DNA from: Pavona decussata
Lineage: Eukaryota
DNA: 64,000 nucleotides
Assembly: GCA_977016875.1 (NCBI GenBank)
Contig: CDRNST010000008.1
Span: 1,922,001-1,986,000, forward strand
Direction: 5' to 3'
Shown: positions 1 through 12,273 of the stretch, piece after piece
Numbering within the stretch: position 1 is the first letter of the stretch
Layout of the letters: every line of letters begins with the position of its first letter
Program-made: the position numbers and the translations under genes
Notes under the pieces: generated by a model
Database searches by the model: none
Told to the model about the DNA's origin: nothing
What the model saw: only the letters and a program-made list of their open reading frames with translations

Positions 1-289
1 TCTCCTGTTGCATCCTTTGTCTAACTTCTACTTCGTCAAATTCTGCAGCTTTGCGCTGAAGGCCTAGTGACCTGAATCTATTCTTTAGAGTCCTAAGACT
101 CATTTCAATGCCATGGAACTTGGAGAGGAACATAAGAATCACATCGTATTGGTACCCCTGCCTGAAATAATATTTTAATGCCAGTTCCTCAATGTTAAGA
201 CTTGTGCCACAGGAAGAGCAGAAATTATGGTTGAACGACACAGTCGCCTGGCAAGACTCGCACTTTAGTTCACTTTGGCTCGTCGCCAT
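1..289 (-). CDS. N-terminus of IS3EU-like transposase (zinc ribbon + HTH), partial
   Basis: Manual translation from ATG 289 is open to the window edge: MATSQSELKCESC..FCSSCG..LKYYFRQGYQYDVILMFLSKFHGIEMSLRTLKNRFRSLGLQRK. The pattern parallels the N-terminus of the relic at 4505-5100. Not in the ORF track because the stop lies outside the window. Confidence 0.7.
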   Translation of the reverse strand, partial: MATSQSELKCESCQATVSFNHNFCSSCGTSLNIEELALKYYFRQGYQYDVILMFLSKFHGIEMSLRTLKNRFRSLGLQRKAAEFDEVEVRQRMQQE

Positions 290-790
290 TTCTAACCTTT
301 CTGGGACACAGATTGCTATAAAAGAGCAATATTATTGTGAGAAATAGAATTCTTATAGATGAACAGAAATTTCATGAAATACATTGAGGGAAACAAAGAA
401 AGGCTTGCCCTCCACTCAAGGCCATTGGGAGAATAGAGCATTTTTTTATGCAATAGCCCACCAAAATGATCACTGTTTAATTAAAATTGTGATTTATAAA
501 CAACACATCTTCATGTAAACAGTAAAGCAAAGTAAAGGTAAGAGCACATTTCATTCTCATTTTAAATGAATTAAGAGGCGACGAAATAGTGTGCAACCGT
601 TCAAGTCCATACATTACGGCATGAAAGGAAGGCTTGTATGCACTTACCTGTACTCAATTGAAGCACAAATTTGTAAAAAACATGGCGGGTAGAGGCAGAA
701 GCCAAGAGGATACCGGGATTGGTACCACGATGCCTTGCGGTCATCTGACTGCTCGTACCCATGCGTCGCTCGTTACGAAATTGTACGATT

Positions 791-1183
791 GGGTGCGAGT
801 TTATTCGAATTCAGTGTGAGTTTATTCGAATTCGGTGTGAGTTTATTCGAGTTCGGTGTGACTTTTTGGAATTCAGTGTGACTTTTTAGGATTCGGTGTG
901 ACTTCTTAAGAATTCGGTGTGACATTCTAGAATTCGGTGTGACTTTCTAGAATTCGGTGTGACTTTTTTGGAATTCAGTGTGACTTTTTAGAATTCGGTG
1001 TGACTTTCTAGAATTCGGAGTGACTTTTTGGAATTCAGTGTGACTTTTTAGAATTTGGTGTGACTTCTAGAGAATTCGGTGTGACTTCTAGAATTCGGTG
1101 TAACATTCTAGAATTCGGTGTGACATTCTAGAATTCGATGTGACATTCTAGAATTCGATGTGACTTCTAGAATTCGGTGTGCA
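791..1183. repeat. Subterminal minisatellite, ~19-21-bp unit (GAATTCGGTGTGACTT..)
   Basis: About 19 tandem degenerate copies directly visible. Confidence 0.95.
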
Positions 1184-1456
1184 CTTGTGGGCCACCGTAC
1201 AAGATTTCTGTTTTTGTCACAAACGAAGCACAAAACAGTGGATAACACATTGCAGCAATGTTTCCTGAAGGAATTCAAGGCCACATGCAAAAAAAACCCC
1301 AGTAAATCTGGGCTAAAACAACAAAATTCAATCTGAACCACACCTAGGACTTTCAATAATCAAACTATGGTTCCTTTTTGAATTTGACATGCATGTTCAT
1401 ACTTCCTGTCCACCCTACAGACAATGTGCCCAAAATAAAATTAAAAGGGTATTTGT

Positions 1457-4305
1457 TCACGAAGACTGGTTGTTATGCATTCCATCAAAGCTTAAGGACA
1501 CTTCAAGGGCTCGTTCATAAAGGTCAATGCCATGATTGGGAGATTCTCTCAATGGGTCAATGAGATGACTCACCACCATGTTTAAATTATGAGGGGATGG
1601 TACAGTAACTTCAGGAACACTAATTTCTCCTCTGTCAGACTCCAGTAAACTTCCCCATTCCAATGAAGGAGCTGGACCATTCCAGCCTATTCCAAATGAC
1701 ATCAGCTCATCCTGTAGAACATAACGAAATTAGACTTATTGAACACATTGAAATCCAGGAATGGGTAGATTTAGAAATTTCGGTAAAACGTTCTGAGGCC
1801 CTGTTCAGACCGAGCCCAAATATTATTACCTGTGGAGGTAGTTCCTGTACCAAGTGCCAAGACTTTTGTTGGTCTGTGCCTGAGGACCAGACCTGGGCGC
1901 CTTGTCATAATGGGAAATTAGATTGCCATCTATAGACTTTATTATATTTGAGTTGTGATTACCTTGTTTAAAAGGAAATCCATATTGTAAATCCATATTA
2001 GGGTCACAAACAGTTAAGATACACCGTTAGTTGCAAGTGTTTATTTGTAATAATCATGGATCACTATAAAGTTGCACAGCAGGATCTCACTGGCTCTATT
2101 TCATTACTCTTATCTGTATTAAGTAATATTTTTGGAGTACCAGTCAAATCAAAAGGCGGTATCCTATCTGGTGTTTATCATTACATGTTATCAATAATAA
2201 TAGTGAAATAAAGATTTCCTGTCTAAACAGCAGATTATTGTTGTGTGTTGTGTGTGAGGTGAAAGAAATAAACACAATATAAGAATCACAGAAAATTGTT
2301 TAGTTAAGTTGAAACTATAACGAGTGTACATTTTTTGTGTGAACATTTTTTTGTGAAAAGGAGTGAGACCTTTGTTTGTGGATAGCAGGCAGACAGGTCA
2401 GGGGTGGAAGGTGTCCAGGCAGTTTTATTACATACAACAATACCTAGTATTGAACTTACAGACTCACTTCGGTTTTTGGCACCCAAATCTCTGTTGCCAC
2501 TCTGACTGCTGTTAGCCATCTCATACATTCCCCAAGTCCATAGCTGTAAGGGAGTCTTCTTCCTCACAGTTGAGAGACCATGGTTATTCCACCCCTGAGC
2601 AAAGTCAGAAAGATGTCTTCTGATGTGTGGGATGTAAGCAAAGTGTAGACAAAACAGGTGAACCTCATCTGTTGCATCAAGAATTTGGATGTCCTCCATA
2701 TCTCAGAATAACCAATAACACTTGTATGTACATGCATAGTACAAGTCTCTCCATAACCGTTCAATTCTTTGGTTAAGCACACTTCTACCTGTTATGTGAC
2801 TTCCACGATTTCCTCCCCTTTGAGAGTGACTCAACATAAATCTGGCAATATCAACATTCTCAACTCCTTGATCTGTTCTTACACGACTTGGAAGACCAAA
2901 CTTGTCAACAGCCTCAAGAAATTCCCCTAAGGCAGTATTAGCTTGATTGTTATTGTGGCAATTTAGGTAAACTATGGAACGGGAATAGCCATCCAGTCCG
3001 CCATGTATGACTAGTCTCCACCTAATATTTGAATATAAAGAGAGAAAACATTGATGAGAAAATTACAACTTACAGTAAATGGATTCTTACATTGCAAGTA
3101 TAAAAATTAATTACAGGAGGACAGGAAGATTTTTCGAAAAAGGTCATCAGTACCTTGCTGCAAATTGTCAATTTTAACTTCTTTGACCATATATCATTGA
3201 CATTCGGCCATAAAACTGAGATAGCTCTACTCCATTCTTTAAAGGTGTTGCTACAGCTGTACTGCATTCATATTAACATTTATGCTGCTCAATTTCAGCC
3301 CTGCTAGTAACAGCAGTAAAATATTTGTTTCGTTCAGAGGTTGACTAATCATCAACGCAGTTGGCAGAGATGTGCTGATAAAACAAGACGAGAAGGGGGA
3401 TATTTTATATGCTTTTGATCAGGCCATTGAAACACTAAAAAACGTTTAAAATATGTTAATGCATAATTATACACATTTTTTTTCACCTTAGCCTGATAAC
3501 ATTTAAACTTAGCTTGGAGGACACCTTTGACACGGAAACACCTCGTCCCAGGGTTGAAGAGATAAATGAAAACAAGCGGGAAGCAAATGAGTTTTAATAG
3601 GAAATAAATGTCTTACCTTATAAGTTTATGGTTCGTATCAATATCCCACAAGGCATTAGGCCCATAAACTCTGTACTCTCTCCAGTGAATGATCCTCAAT
3701 TGCAAGGAGCCCAGAATTACTCCTTCAACGTGCACCCTTCTGTGACTCTTCATAACCCAGCGCTCTGGAATGCGGTATCCTTTTGAACGTAAAATGCCAA
3801 GTACCATCCTCTAACCACTCTGATGATAGTCTTTCTTAATTTCTTTTATGACTTTGTCAAGTTCCTCATCAGACAGAGGCGTGTAACTATCTGACATGGA
3901 CATCTCATACTCTTGCAGTCTCCTTCTCACTGTAGCCTCACTGACACCAAGCATGATAGCCATTTCTACTGCCTTGAAGCCAAACTGCTTAAAATACTCC
4001 AACTGCTACCTTGCTATATTGTAATGAGGTCGTCCGCGATCTCCAGTAAATATTTTGTCAGCCTGAAAACCTTGAGATGTATCTGGTAGTTCACTGCCAG
4101 GTAGATACTTGGCCTTGGAAAGGAGCGAAAATATTTCAGCTTCTATGGACAATACTTGTGCGCTAAGCGCCAGAATATGTTCTACTCAATTGATTATAAA
4201 GTAGACATTATCTCTTTCGTCCAAATGTAAGTTACCAGAAGTTAGTTTCCGACTTATTTCCTGAAGCATGCTACATAAACTGTGTTTTACCGCACTTGCC
4301 GCCAT
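1457..4305 (-). pseudogene. Intron-containing IS3EU-like (integrase-core DDE) transposase pseudogene; exons ~4305-3617, 3021-2460, 1711-1457
   Basis: HTH (MLGVSEATVRRRLQEY), GPNALWDIDTNHKLIR|[14 protein letters not shown] joined across a GT-AG intron, [48 protein letters not shown]. Several in-frame stops. Confidence 0.8.
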
Positions 4306-4375
4306 GCTAAAAATAAAACCGCGTCTACTGGTCAGCGGTTAGGTATTTTAACTTCATGTTCAGAAGTTTTTTCGA

Positions 4376-4465
4376 CTTAGGTGTGCAACATGACGTTGGG
4401 TGTGCAAGAGAACATTAGGTGTGCAACAAGACGTTGGGTGTGTAAGTGATCATTAGGTGTGCAAC
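4376..4465. repeat. Short GGTGTGCAA repeat cluster, probably subterminal to the element at 1457-4305
   Basis: Five (A/G)GGTGTG(C/T)AA copies at ~18-20-bp spacing just upstream of the transposase ATG. Confidence 0.6.
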
Positions 4466-4504
4466 TTTTCAATAATTGCCGAATGAAAAGATGCAATAAT
4501 GTCA

Positions 4505-5100
4505 TACTTTCTGTTCCCATGTCTCCACGAATTACACAGGCAGTGCCCCCAACATTTTGCACACAGCTAATAAAATAGCTTGCCACAACACCAGGATGGT
4601 TATTCATACGCCCACCTTAAAGCCACATGATTTGTCTCGAATATCCGTCAATACAACCGAGTATACAAAAACTATAAGGTTTAGCTTTGTCATATCCGTC
4701 CAGGTGCCAAATAAAATTAGGGCCCTTTGCATGATATTGCCGCCTTTGGAGTCTATGTCTAGAGCGCCTTTGTACCCCTTCAGGGTCCATTATTTTCAAT
4801 GCATTCTGAACCAATTCCTTGCTAACAGACAATTTATGGTCAACCACTAATCTCTGCCACATAGTTCTGTAACCGACAATGCTTCCACTTCCTTTTAATT
4901 CCTCATCTATGGTGTCTGCTATCTCATCAAGGCTGCTGAAGCGTCGTTCTGTGAAATTATTTTCCTAAGATTCTTTTAAGCTGTCGTAAACTTAAGTGTA
5001 TTTCATCATTTAAAAAGAGGGAATCAATGATTTCCTTGTAATTGAGGCCCACATGAAAATATTCCTAAATTACATGATTAAAACGCTCGTTATCCGCCAT
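4505..5100 (-). pseudogene. Truncated IS3EU-like transposase
   Basis: GSGSIVGYRTMWQRL..MDPEGVQRRSRHRLQRRQYHAKGPNFIWHLDGYDK..GCIDGYSR..NNHPGVVASYF..IRGDMGTE; frameshifted and cut off just after the second catalytic Asp. Confidence 0.8.
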
Positions 5101-6474
5101 GATGATTTACTTGAGTGATCGGTGATTTAAGACAGCGGTTACTTCTAGGTTTAAAACACCTAGCCAAAAAATGGGTTGAAACTTGGTTACAGATTTTGAA
5201 GACGATTTAAAAGAAAATAGAATTTCTATAATTGAAATATGTCATAGGTGTAAAATAATGTAAGAATCACGCTTGTCCTGCCTGGTGTGGTTCCCGAGGT
5301 ATCGAATTACATAGCATGGTTTTGTGTAATTTACACTGTTCACGAATACGGCAGGATTCAGCACTACATATTTAATACTTGCCTACGCTAAATCATTATG
5401 TAAATTTTCACGCTGTAGTTGAATTGTAAACGTTTGAAATTTTCGCAAAACCATTTGAATTTCGCACTAATATTGTTTTATCCAATGGGGTAACTAAATA
5501 TAACCTAATTAACACGCTTAATCTTGCCGGCCAGTAACGGTTCCAGTTGCCGCGGGCCTATTGTTCTTGCTATTGCTTGTAGCCGGAGCTTTACCTAAAA
5601 ACTTGAATAAATAATTTGGTAATTGATACAATTCAAATGTTACAGCTGTTTTGGGGAGTGACCAGTCATTCTTACTGGCACTTATGGCTCATGTTCTCCT
5701 TGATTTTCAAGCAATTCAAAACTTTGGAAGTATCTGCATTACACCTTCTTTAAAGCAAATTGTGGCATATGTTCCATACTACATTGACAAGGCCCTTGCT
5801 GATGAAAAGATGGTTGGTCTTCCCATTACTTGGGGCAAACGTCAGTGATGCTACCATGGAAACAGCACATAAACAAAACAAATGGGATGCCAAGATCTCA
5901 GTACCAAGCGAAGGTCATCAGGCAACAGTTTCAAAATGAGGTCTTTAAAACAACCAGCCGAGAGAGCACGCCACAAAAATCGTCTTCAAGGAAAGCTAAA
6001 AAAAAGCAGAAAAAAATTGTTGAGAAAGAAAACGGGATGAAACGAGTGGTAATTAAACCTATATCATGAATAACATTTCATTAAATGCAAATATTTACAA
6101 ACAGCTACCTTTTGTTAGGCATTGAAATTAATAAAAGTATTGGAATTTTTGCGTTTATATGGGAAATTAATTGACAACAACCTAGAACAATTTTTTTTAT
6201 GGTTGGTTTCTTCCTTCCCCTCACATTTTTGCCAGTCAAAATATGGTTGTGATAATCAAGCAAATATTTTTCAGTGCCAAAATCTAATAATAGAAACTCT
6301 TGAATGTAGCTTAACAAAATTTGTAAGTACATCAATGCCTAAAGAATTAATAAGAATTTACAAGAATTAATAGCTTCCATGGTTAGTAACTCAATCTACT
6401 CTAAATTTAATTGTATTGTTTTTAATTCTGTAAAGCACTTGCCCTTTGCTGTCCACAAACTAGAAGACAACATG

Positions 6475-7205
6475 TAGTCTAGTGGCCAATTCTAAAAATA
6501 GCCTTATTTTTAGAGTTGGCTGCACCCCCCCTCTGGCAAGCTGTTCTTGGTATCATTTTAAAGCTTAGAAAATGCTGATTTCGAATCTTCCTGTTAACAC
6601 GCGTAAAACGTGTCCAAAGGCCTTGGTAACCTGGCCTAAACTACCCACACTCCTTTGCACCATATTTTCATCTAGAGCCCATTTTCATCCTTTTTCCTGA
6701 GATTTTACTGAAACACCGCAAACAACTAGCTTATTTTAGTACGTATGCTTTTTTACGCTATTTAAATGCAAAAACACACACAAATGTCTGAAATTTTGCT
6801 TATTTGCTTCATTTTATGCTAATTAGTCACCTTGTCAACCAAAATGAACCTACAAAGTTCAAAAGACATGTATCAAAACCGCGACTGGTACGTTTTATCC
6901 TTACCTATTTACAATCGTATACCTTGTCTAACTGCTTGATAAGATAACAACCTCAAAATATCAAAACAATTGCCATTAAGCAGTGAAAACAAAGTAATTT
7001 ATCAACCAGAAGTGGCTTAAATTTGACTTCCGGTTTAACGTTTTTAGCTAATTATGGCCACGTCCACAAAGATATTAATCATAAACTTACAAATACTTCA
7101 TAAATTTAACATGTCTGACATAAAAAAGGTTTCCTAGTTATGCCACTCAAACTGTGACGTCATCATCAGGTGCATGACGTCATCGCTATGGAAAATATAT
7201 TAGCT
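6475..7205 (+). repeat. Left TIR of Academ copy 1
   Basis: Reverse complement of 19291-20016 with scattered mismatches, apart from a ~20-bp non-matching segment just inside the terminal 15 bp. Confidence 0.93.
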
Positions 7206-10200
7206 GCGTTTAAAAGTTTTTGTTTCATTATACAACACCTTCTAATTGACTAAGGTTTGAAGACATAATTTTGAACTATCTTTATTGACAAACTAAAATA
7301 TAACAGCCAAAATTCTGAACAGACTATGAGACAGCTGATGAGCTAGAGTGAGTTTCTTTGGGCCATATATGAAGAGAGGTTGCATCTTTGCAGCAGGCAG
7401 TCAGAAAAATAAATCTTCATGTGTACACATATATGTCTGTTAAACTTTATTTAGTTATGGACTTAATTGATCAAAGCAAAATAAAAAAATTAATCGTTGA
7501 TGGGTGCATTGTAAAAATCAAAAGCTTACATCAGTGGGTTCCCTGTGCTTCCTCAGCTACATTATGGTCAGCGGAATATAAATTCAAGATGGCGGCTCCA
7601 CGAGCAGCATTTATTTCGCCTTTCACAACTACGATTACTGTAAGTATACGTTTTATTTGCCACTTTCTTTCCAAATTATAAGAAAAAAAGTTACGAAGGA
7701 CGTTTTAACCCCTATATGAAGCTTAATTTTATTATTCTTGCACAAAACAGCCAGGTTTCGATCGAGAGAACAGCATCAAGTTAATACCAACAGAAGTTAA
7801 AACCAACTATTACCATAATGAGATTTTTAATAGTTATGTTTGTAAAGGAATAAACGTGATGGAATATATTTTGTGTAATTTGTAAAATGATATGGAATGT
7901 AGGTAGTTTATTTCTTAATGTTCCTAGTGTCATTTCATGTTTCTTCTTTTATCTTTTACATACAAATTATTTCTTTCAATTTAACTTTTTGCTTTATATT
8001 TTTAACTTTTAATTTTTTTGTTCAGTCAGTGGACTGCTCAAAAACTAAATTGTAAAGCTAAATGTGTGACTACTTTAAATTTTTGTTTGAATAATTGTGT
8101 GTTTTATTGTAACTACAGCTTTTTTTTACAAATTTAGCTGTAATATAAATGATGGCCACATTGAGTCCACGACCTTCGTCCTCATCGGTCTCTACAAAAG
8201 GTTGTCTATGTCACAGAGGTGACGTGAAAGGTCCATTGACAGAATTTACAAGTGTTAGCTGGAAGACTTTTAAAGAAGCTACCATAGTGAGAAAAGATGA
8301 TGTTTCGAAACATATGGAAGGAAAATGGGAAAGTGGGCCATTTGGAGGATATCACCGTACTTGCTACCAGATGTACACTGGAAAGCAACATCTAGAGCGC
8401 ATTGTAAAGAAGCGAAAGATAGACGGAACATTGGTGGAAGACGGTGCTGAATCAATTGAGATGGAGGCTGAGGTCCCGTTAACGCGTTCTTGTTTGCAAT
8501 CAACTGATATCAAACAATGCATTATATGCCAGAAAGAGAAGACTGACAGCAAGGACAGAAGAAGGAAAGAAAAGCTTACTTTATGCCAGACCATGATGGC
8601 TGGAGCATCATTAATAGAAGCGGCTAAAGTCCGGGATACCAGAGCCTTGTGTTGATGCTTAGCGATGAAGATCCAATTGCTTTAGAAGTTTGCTACCACA
8701 GGTCCTGTTATTGTTCGTATACATGTATAAAATCGTTGGTAGGCCAAAAGAACGAGATAGACCCTGAAATGCAGATGTATGATGAAGCATTCCTAATGCT
8801 TAAAGGTGAGATGGAGCCAAAACTGATTGAAGGAGATGTGTTACGAATGTCCGACTTACGTGCACGATATATACAACTTCTTTCTGAGAAGGGAGTACAA
8901 AACCCCCTTTACCGGGGAGAAAAGCTTAAGGCTCGGATACAAAAAGCATTCTCTAGTAGAGTAAGTTTCTGGCATCCAAAGCATCGATCAGAGGCCGAGA
9001 TTTTGTATTATGACAAGATACCAAAAGTTCAGGTTGTCGAGGCTTGCTTCATTCGAAGTCTTGAAGACGAGTTTTGTGATGAATATGAGCCTATGGAAGA
9101 TGATAGTTACATCTATCATACTGCAAAGACCGTGCGAACAGCACTACTAAACCATCATTTCGACATGCCATGGCCTCCATATGCGTCTGACCTTAAGGAA
9201 GACAACATCTCACTTCCCGTTGTTGTTTACAATCTACTTGCTTGGATTCTGACCAACGACAGTGAAAGTCAGGAAATTCCAAGGGAAGAGAAACTTGATG
9301 TAAAGGAGCCTTCAATCCACCGACTGATCCTGTCATTAGGCCAGGACCTTGCGTACAATGTCGCAAAGGGAAGACAAAAAACACCAAAACATGTAGCTCT
9401 TCCAATGACCGTAAAAAACCTCACAGGTTGCAAAGAGGTCATAACTTTACTTAATCGCTTTGGACATGGCATCTCATACGAGCAAGTTCTTGAAATCGAA
9501 ACAAGGCTCGCAGAGAAACAGATAGAGAGAGACGAACATGGTATAATACTACCAAGAAATGTTCAGCCTAATGTATTTAGTACGTTCTGTTGGGACAACA
9601 TTGATCTACTTGAGGACACTTTATCTGGCAAAGGAACAACAGATTGCACAAATGGAATCTTGATCCAAAAAGAGGTTGCTGGTTGTGACCGACCGCCACA
9701 GGAAGTACGATTAGACAGGAGCTCCTGGAGGCGCACTTTAAATGCAGTTCCCAGTCAGGTTTGTAAGAGGGGCCCAGGCGTTTTTATATTTTTGCTAAGA
9801 AGAAGGGCTTTCCGGCTTAACTATTGTTTTGGAAATTCTCATATACTTGATACCCCAGGGGATAAAGGTTTTGAAAAGGAAGAGTATTATATGGAAGTGG
9901 CACAGAAGGCGGCTTCAGGCAAATTAAGCCCATACTGGTTAATGATTTGGTCACTAAGGGATGGAAAGGAAAATAGCCCTGTTGCCTAAAATCACTGGTT
10001 TTGTCACCTAAATAGATTTGCTGATAAAGTTGCAAATTCACATCTAAGATTTTTATTATAATAATTTTTAGATTCACCAGTACAACGCTGGCAGACGATG
10101 TGGTCCTGGGAGGTATGGAGATGCTGTTAGCCAGAGAACGCATGATATTCACCACAGCAGTGCAAAGGTTAAAGACTTTGCGTGGTTCCTCTCTCGTCTC

Positions 10201-10766
10201 CCAGACACCCTTGAGGAGACAGCAGAGATTCGTCAATCTGTCCCATCCTGGAGTGGATTTAATTCGGTAGCCAACGCGCAAGAAGTTCCTCCTAAGAGTG
10301 TCGTTGGCTATTGCCAGCTAATTGATGCCTCTCCAACTGAGCTTTCTACAGTTTATACCCTGCTCAAACGATCGGTTGCAATGGCTACTAATCTCGGTTT
10401 AGATGACACTGTTGTCGTTTTAGATCAAGCTATCTATGCGAAGGCTTGGAAGTTGCATGGAAACACCAAGAAGAGTTCAGAAGCGTTGTCTTACGAATGG
10501 GAGCATTTCACATCGCATGTGTCTTTGTTGCCGTAATTGGGAAATGGTTTGCTGATATAGGTCTTCGAGATCTTCTGCTGGAGTCACGCATAATTGGAAG
10601 CAGTTCAGTAAATGGTGTTTTAGAAGGTAAACACTACAATAGAGCAGTGCGGGTACACAAGATTGTTCTTGAAGCCTTACCACGGCGGGCTCCTGGCTAG
10701 CCACAATCGGCCACCACGCGAAATAGGCGCCTGCGTGGTTATCAGCGGTATTGCGTCAAATTCAAA

Positions 10767-11387
10767 ATGGCGAAGCTTATCGTCAGTGTTCACGAGCTCG
10801 TGAAAAATTACATCGATACGGCTGATGATCGGTCTTTGGCCATAGAAATTAGTGATGAACTGTTGCAGCTGACCAGGGCGGTAATCAAAAAGCATACCTT
10901 GCCTGGAGAAAAAACGTTCAAATATCACCTTTACCAGCCAGCGAGAATGTTGTCCCGTACAGTGGTTCACTGGCACAAAATCACCTTACGGAGAACGAAG
11001 AAGAAAACAACTGCTTCTCGTCCATGGACAGTGTCTTTCACCTGGAATTTGCCTCAAGAAATATTTGAGACCTTAAAATGTTGTATGTTATGCGAAGAAA
11101 ATGGCGGAGCTGTCGTCAAGAATACTCGATGTGTTGTAGAATTACAGATCACAAATCGTGACAAATTTCGCCATTTATTTACTTCACTTGCAAACAAGTA
11201 CAAGCCGTCGCTACCTGTAGCTGATGTGCTCGTTAGGAAGGAAAAGGATGGTTCGTACAGCACAATCATTGTTGAGGAAGACCACCCAGCTTATTTCCAC
11301 TACTCTAAGACCTTAGAAAAAATTACTTTTAAGGCAAGATATGGTTACTTCAACAGGAATGGCATCCCTCAGCACACACTTGTTTAA
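10767..11387 (+). CDS. Intact 206-aa accessory protein of unknown function inside the CAC element
   Basis: Uninterrupted ORF with AAAATGGCG start context, 86 bp inside the left terminus; no domain recognised. Confidence 0.65.
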   Translation: MAKLIVSVHELVKNYIDTADDRSLAIEISDELLQLTRAVIKKHTLPGEKTFKYHLYQPARMLSRTVVHWHKITLRRTKKKTTASRPWTVSFTWNLPQEIFETLKCCMLCEENGGAVVKNTRCVVELQITNRDKFRHLFTSLANKYKPSLPVADVLVRKEKDGSYSTIIVEEDHPAYFHYSKTLEKITFKARYGYFNRNGIPQHTLV

Positions 11388-11525
11388 CTGAAAGCAAAGC
11401 AACACGAGAAATTAACTATGTTGTGAATGCATTTAACCTGTTCAGCTCTAGAGTTTGTAAGTGTTAAATAAGGCCATTAAGGGCCTTTATTGATGCTAGG
11501 TTGTAAAGGATAATAGCCCTTTAAC

Positions 11526-11733
11526 TAATGGCTTGATCGATCCTAAGCCCATCCACCCCACACCCCCAGGCATTTGTCGGGCATTTTGTCACTTCTCTTT
11601 CCCCACAGTGGGGCATTTCCCTAAGGTCAGCCCGGGGCGGGGGGGGGGGGGGGGGGGGAAATCAAAAGACAAATGCCCAACAAATGCCTGGGGAGTGGGG
11701 GATGATCGCGCTTGGAATTGTTCGAGCCATAAC
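11526..11733. mobile_element. Small MITE-like insertion
   Basis: Degenerate inverted ends ATGGCTTGATCGATCCTAAGC / GCTTGGAATTGTTCGAGCCAT flanked by TAA; inner CCCCAGGCATTTGT / ACAAATGCCTGGGG inverted pair. Confidence 0.6.
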
Positions 11734-12273
11734 TCCAAGATCTAGTGATTACCATGTAACTTCTCCTCACAATGTCCATACATTGTCCAGTAGGCAGGTG
11801 ATGAGAATAGATAAACTTATCAGCCAGAAGGCATAATCTTGAGAACCCCACATTCCTTAACTAATGTACAGTAAAATATATAGCAGCTACAAGGGAGAAT
11901 TTGTAATCAGATCCTGGGAGTGAGAGTTACAGGGTTTGAGAGTTAAAATAATATACAAATACAAGTCCCAGTTAAATTGTCAAAGTTTATTCCACTGAAC
12001 TACCTGTAACAGATGAAACCTTTGAACGTTTATAACAATATTGTTGCAACAATAATAGTGCCACAAATTGCAGGAGGGAAATTTGTTAAATTTCTACAAA
12101 TGCCAAGCAACACTGAACAGCAGGCACCAGATTAGTAAATTAACTATCACAATATGTTAATATATTATTTAAACCTTGTTTTCTTCAAGAGGTAACAGTG
12201 GAAACTAGAAAAAATTTACCTTAAGCTACCAAGTCACTGTGGGTGGCATGGCGAATCCATGATTAAAAAAGTC

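Larger units (their letters stand above)
1..1199 (-). mobile_element. IS3EU-like DNA transposon, 5' portion (runs off the window)
   Basis: Terminus GGCCACCGTA at 1190-1199 (reads TACGGTGGCC on the - strand, an IS3EU-type TAY end), a subterminal minisatellite, and a transposase N-terminus reading away from this end. Confidence 0.7.

Noticed and set aside
791-1183. CRISPR-like look of the short repeat array
   Set aside because: Units are contiguous with no unique spacers, there are no cas genes, and the context is a eukaryotic transposon end.
5651-6370. Short ORFs, with further pieces at 20017-21188, as a named gene
   Set aside because: Exon-like but broken and with no recognisable domain; cannot be identified without a search.
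10767-11387. RAG2-like gene / ProtoRAG call
   Set aside because: Too short, no kelch repeats or PHD finger, TSD is 3 bp rather than 5 bp, and no clear RSS heptamer/nonamer.
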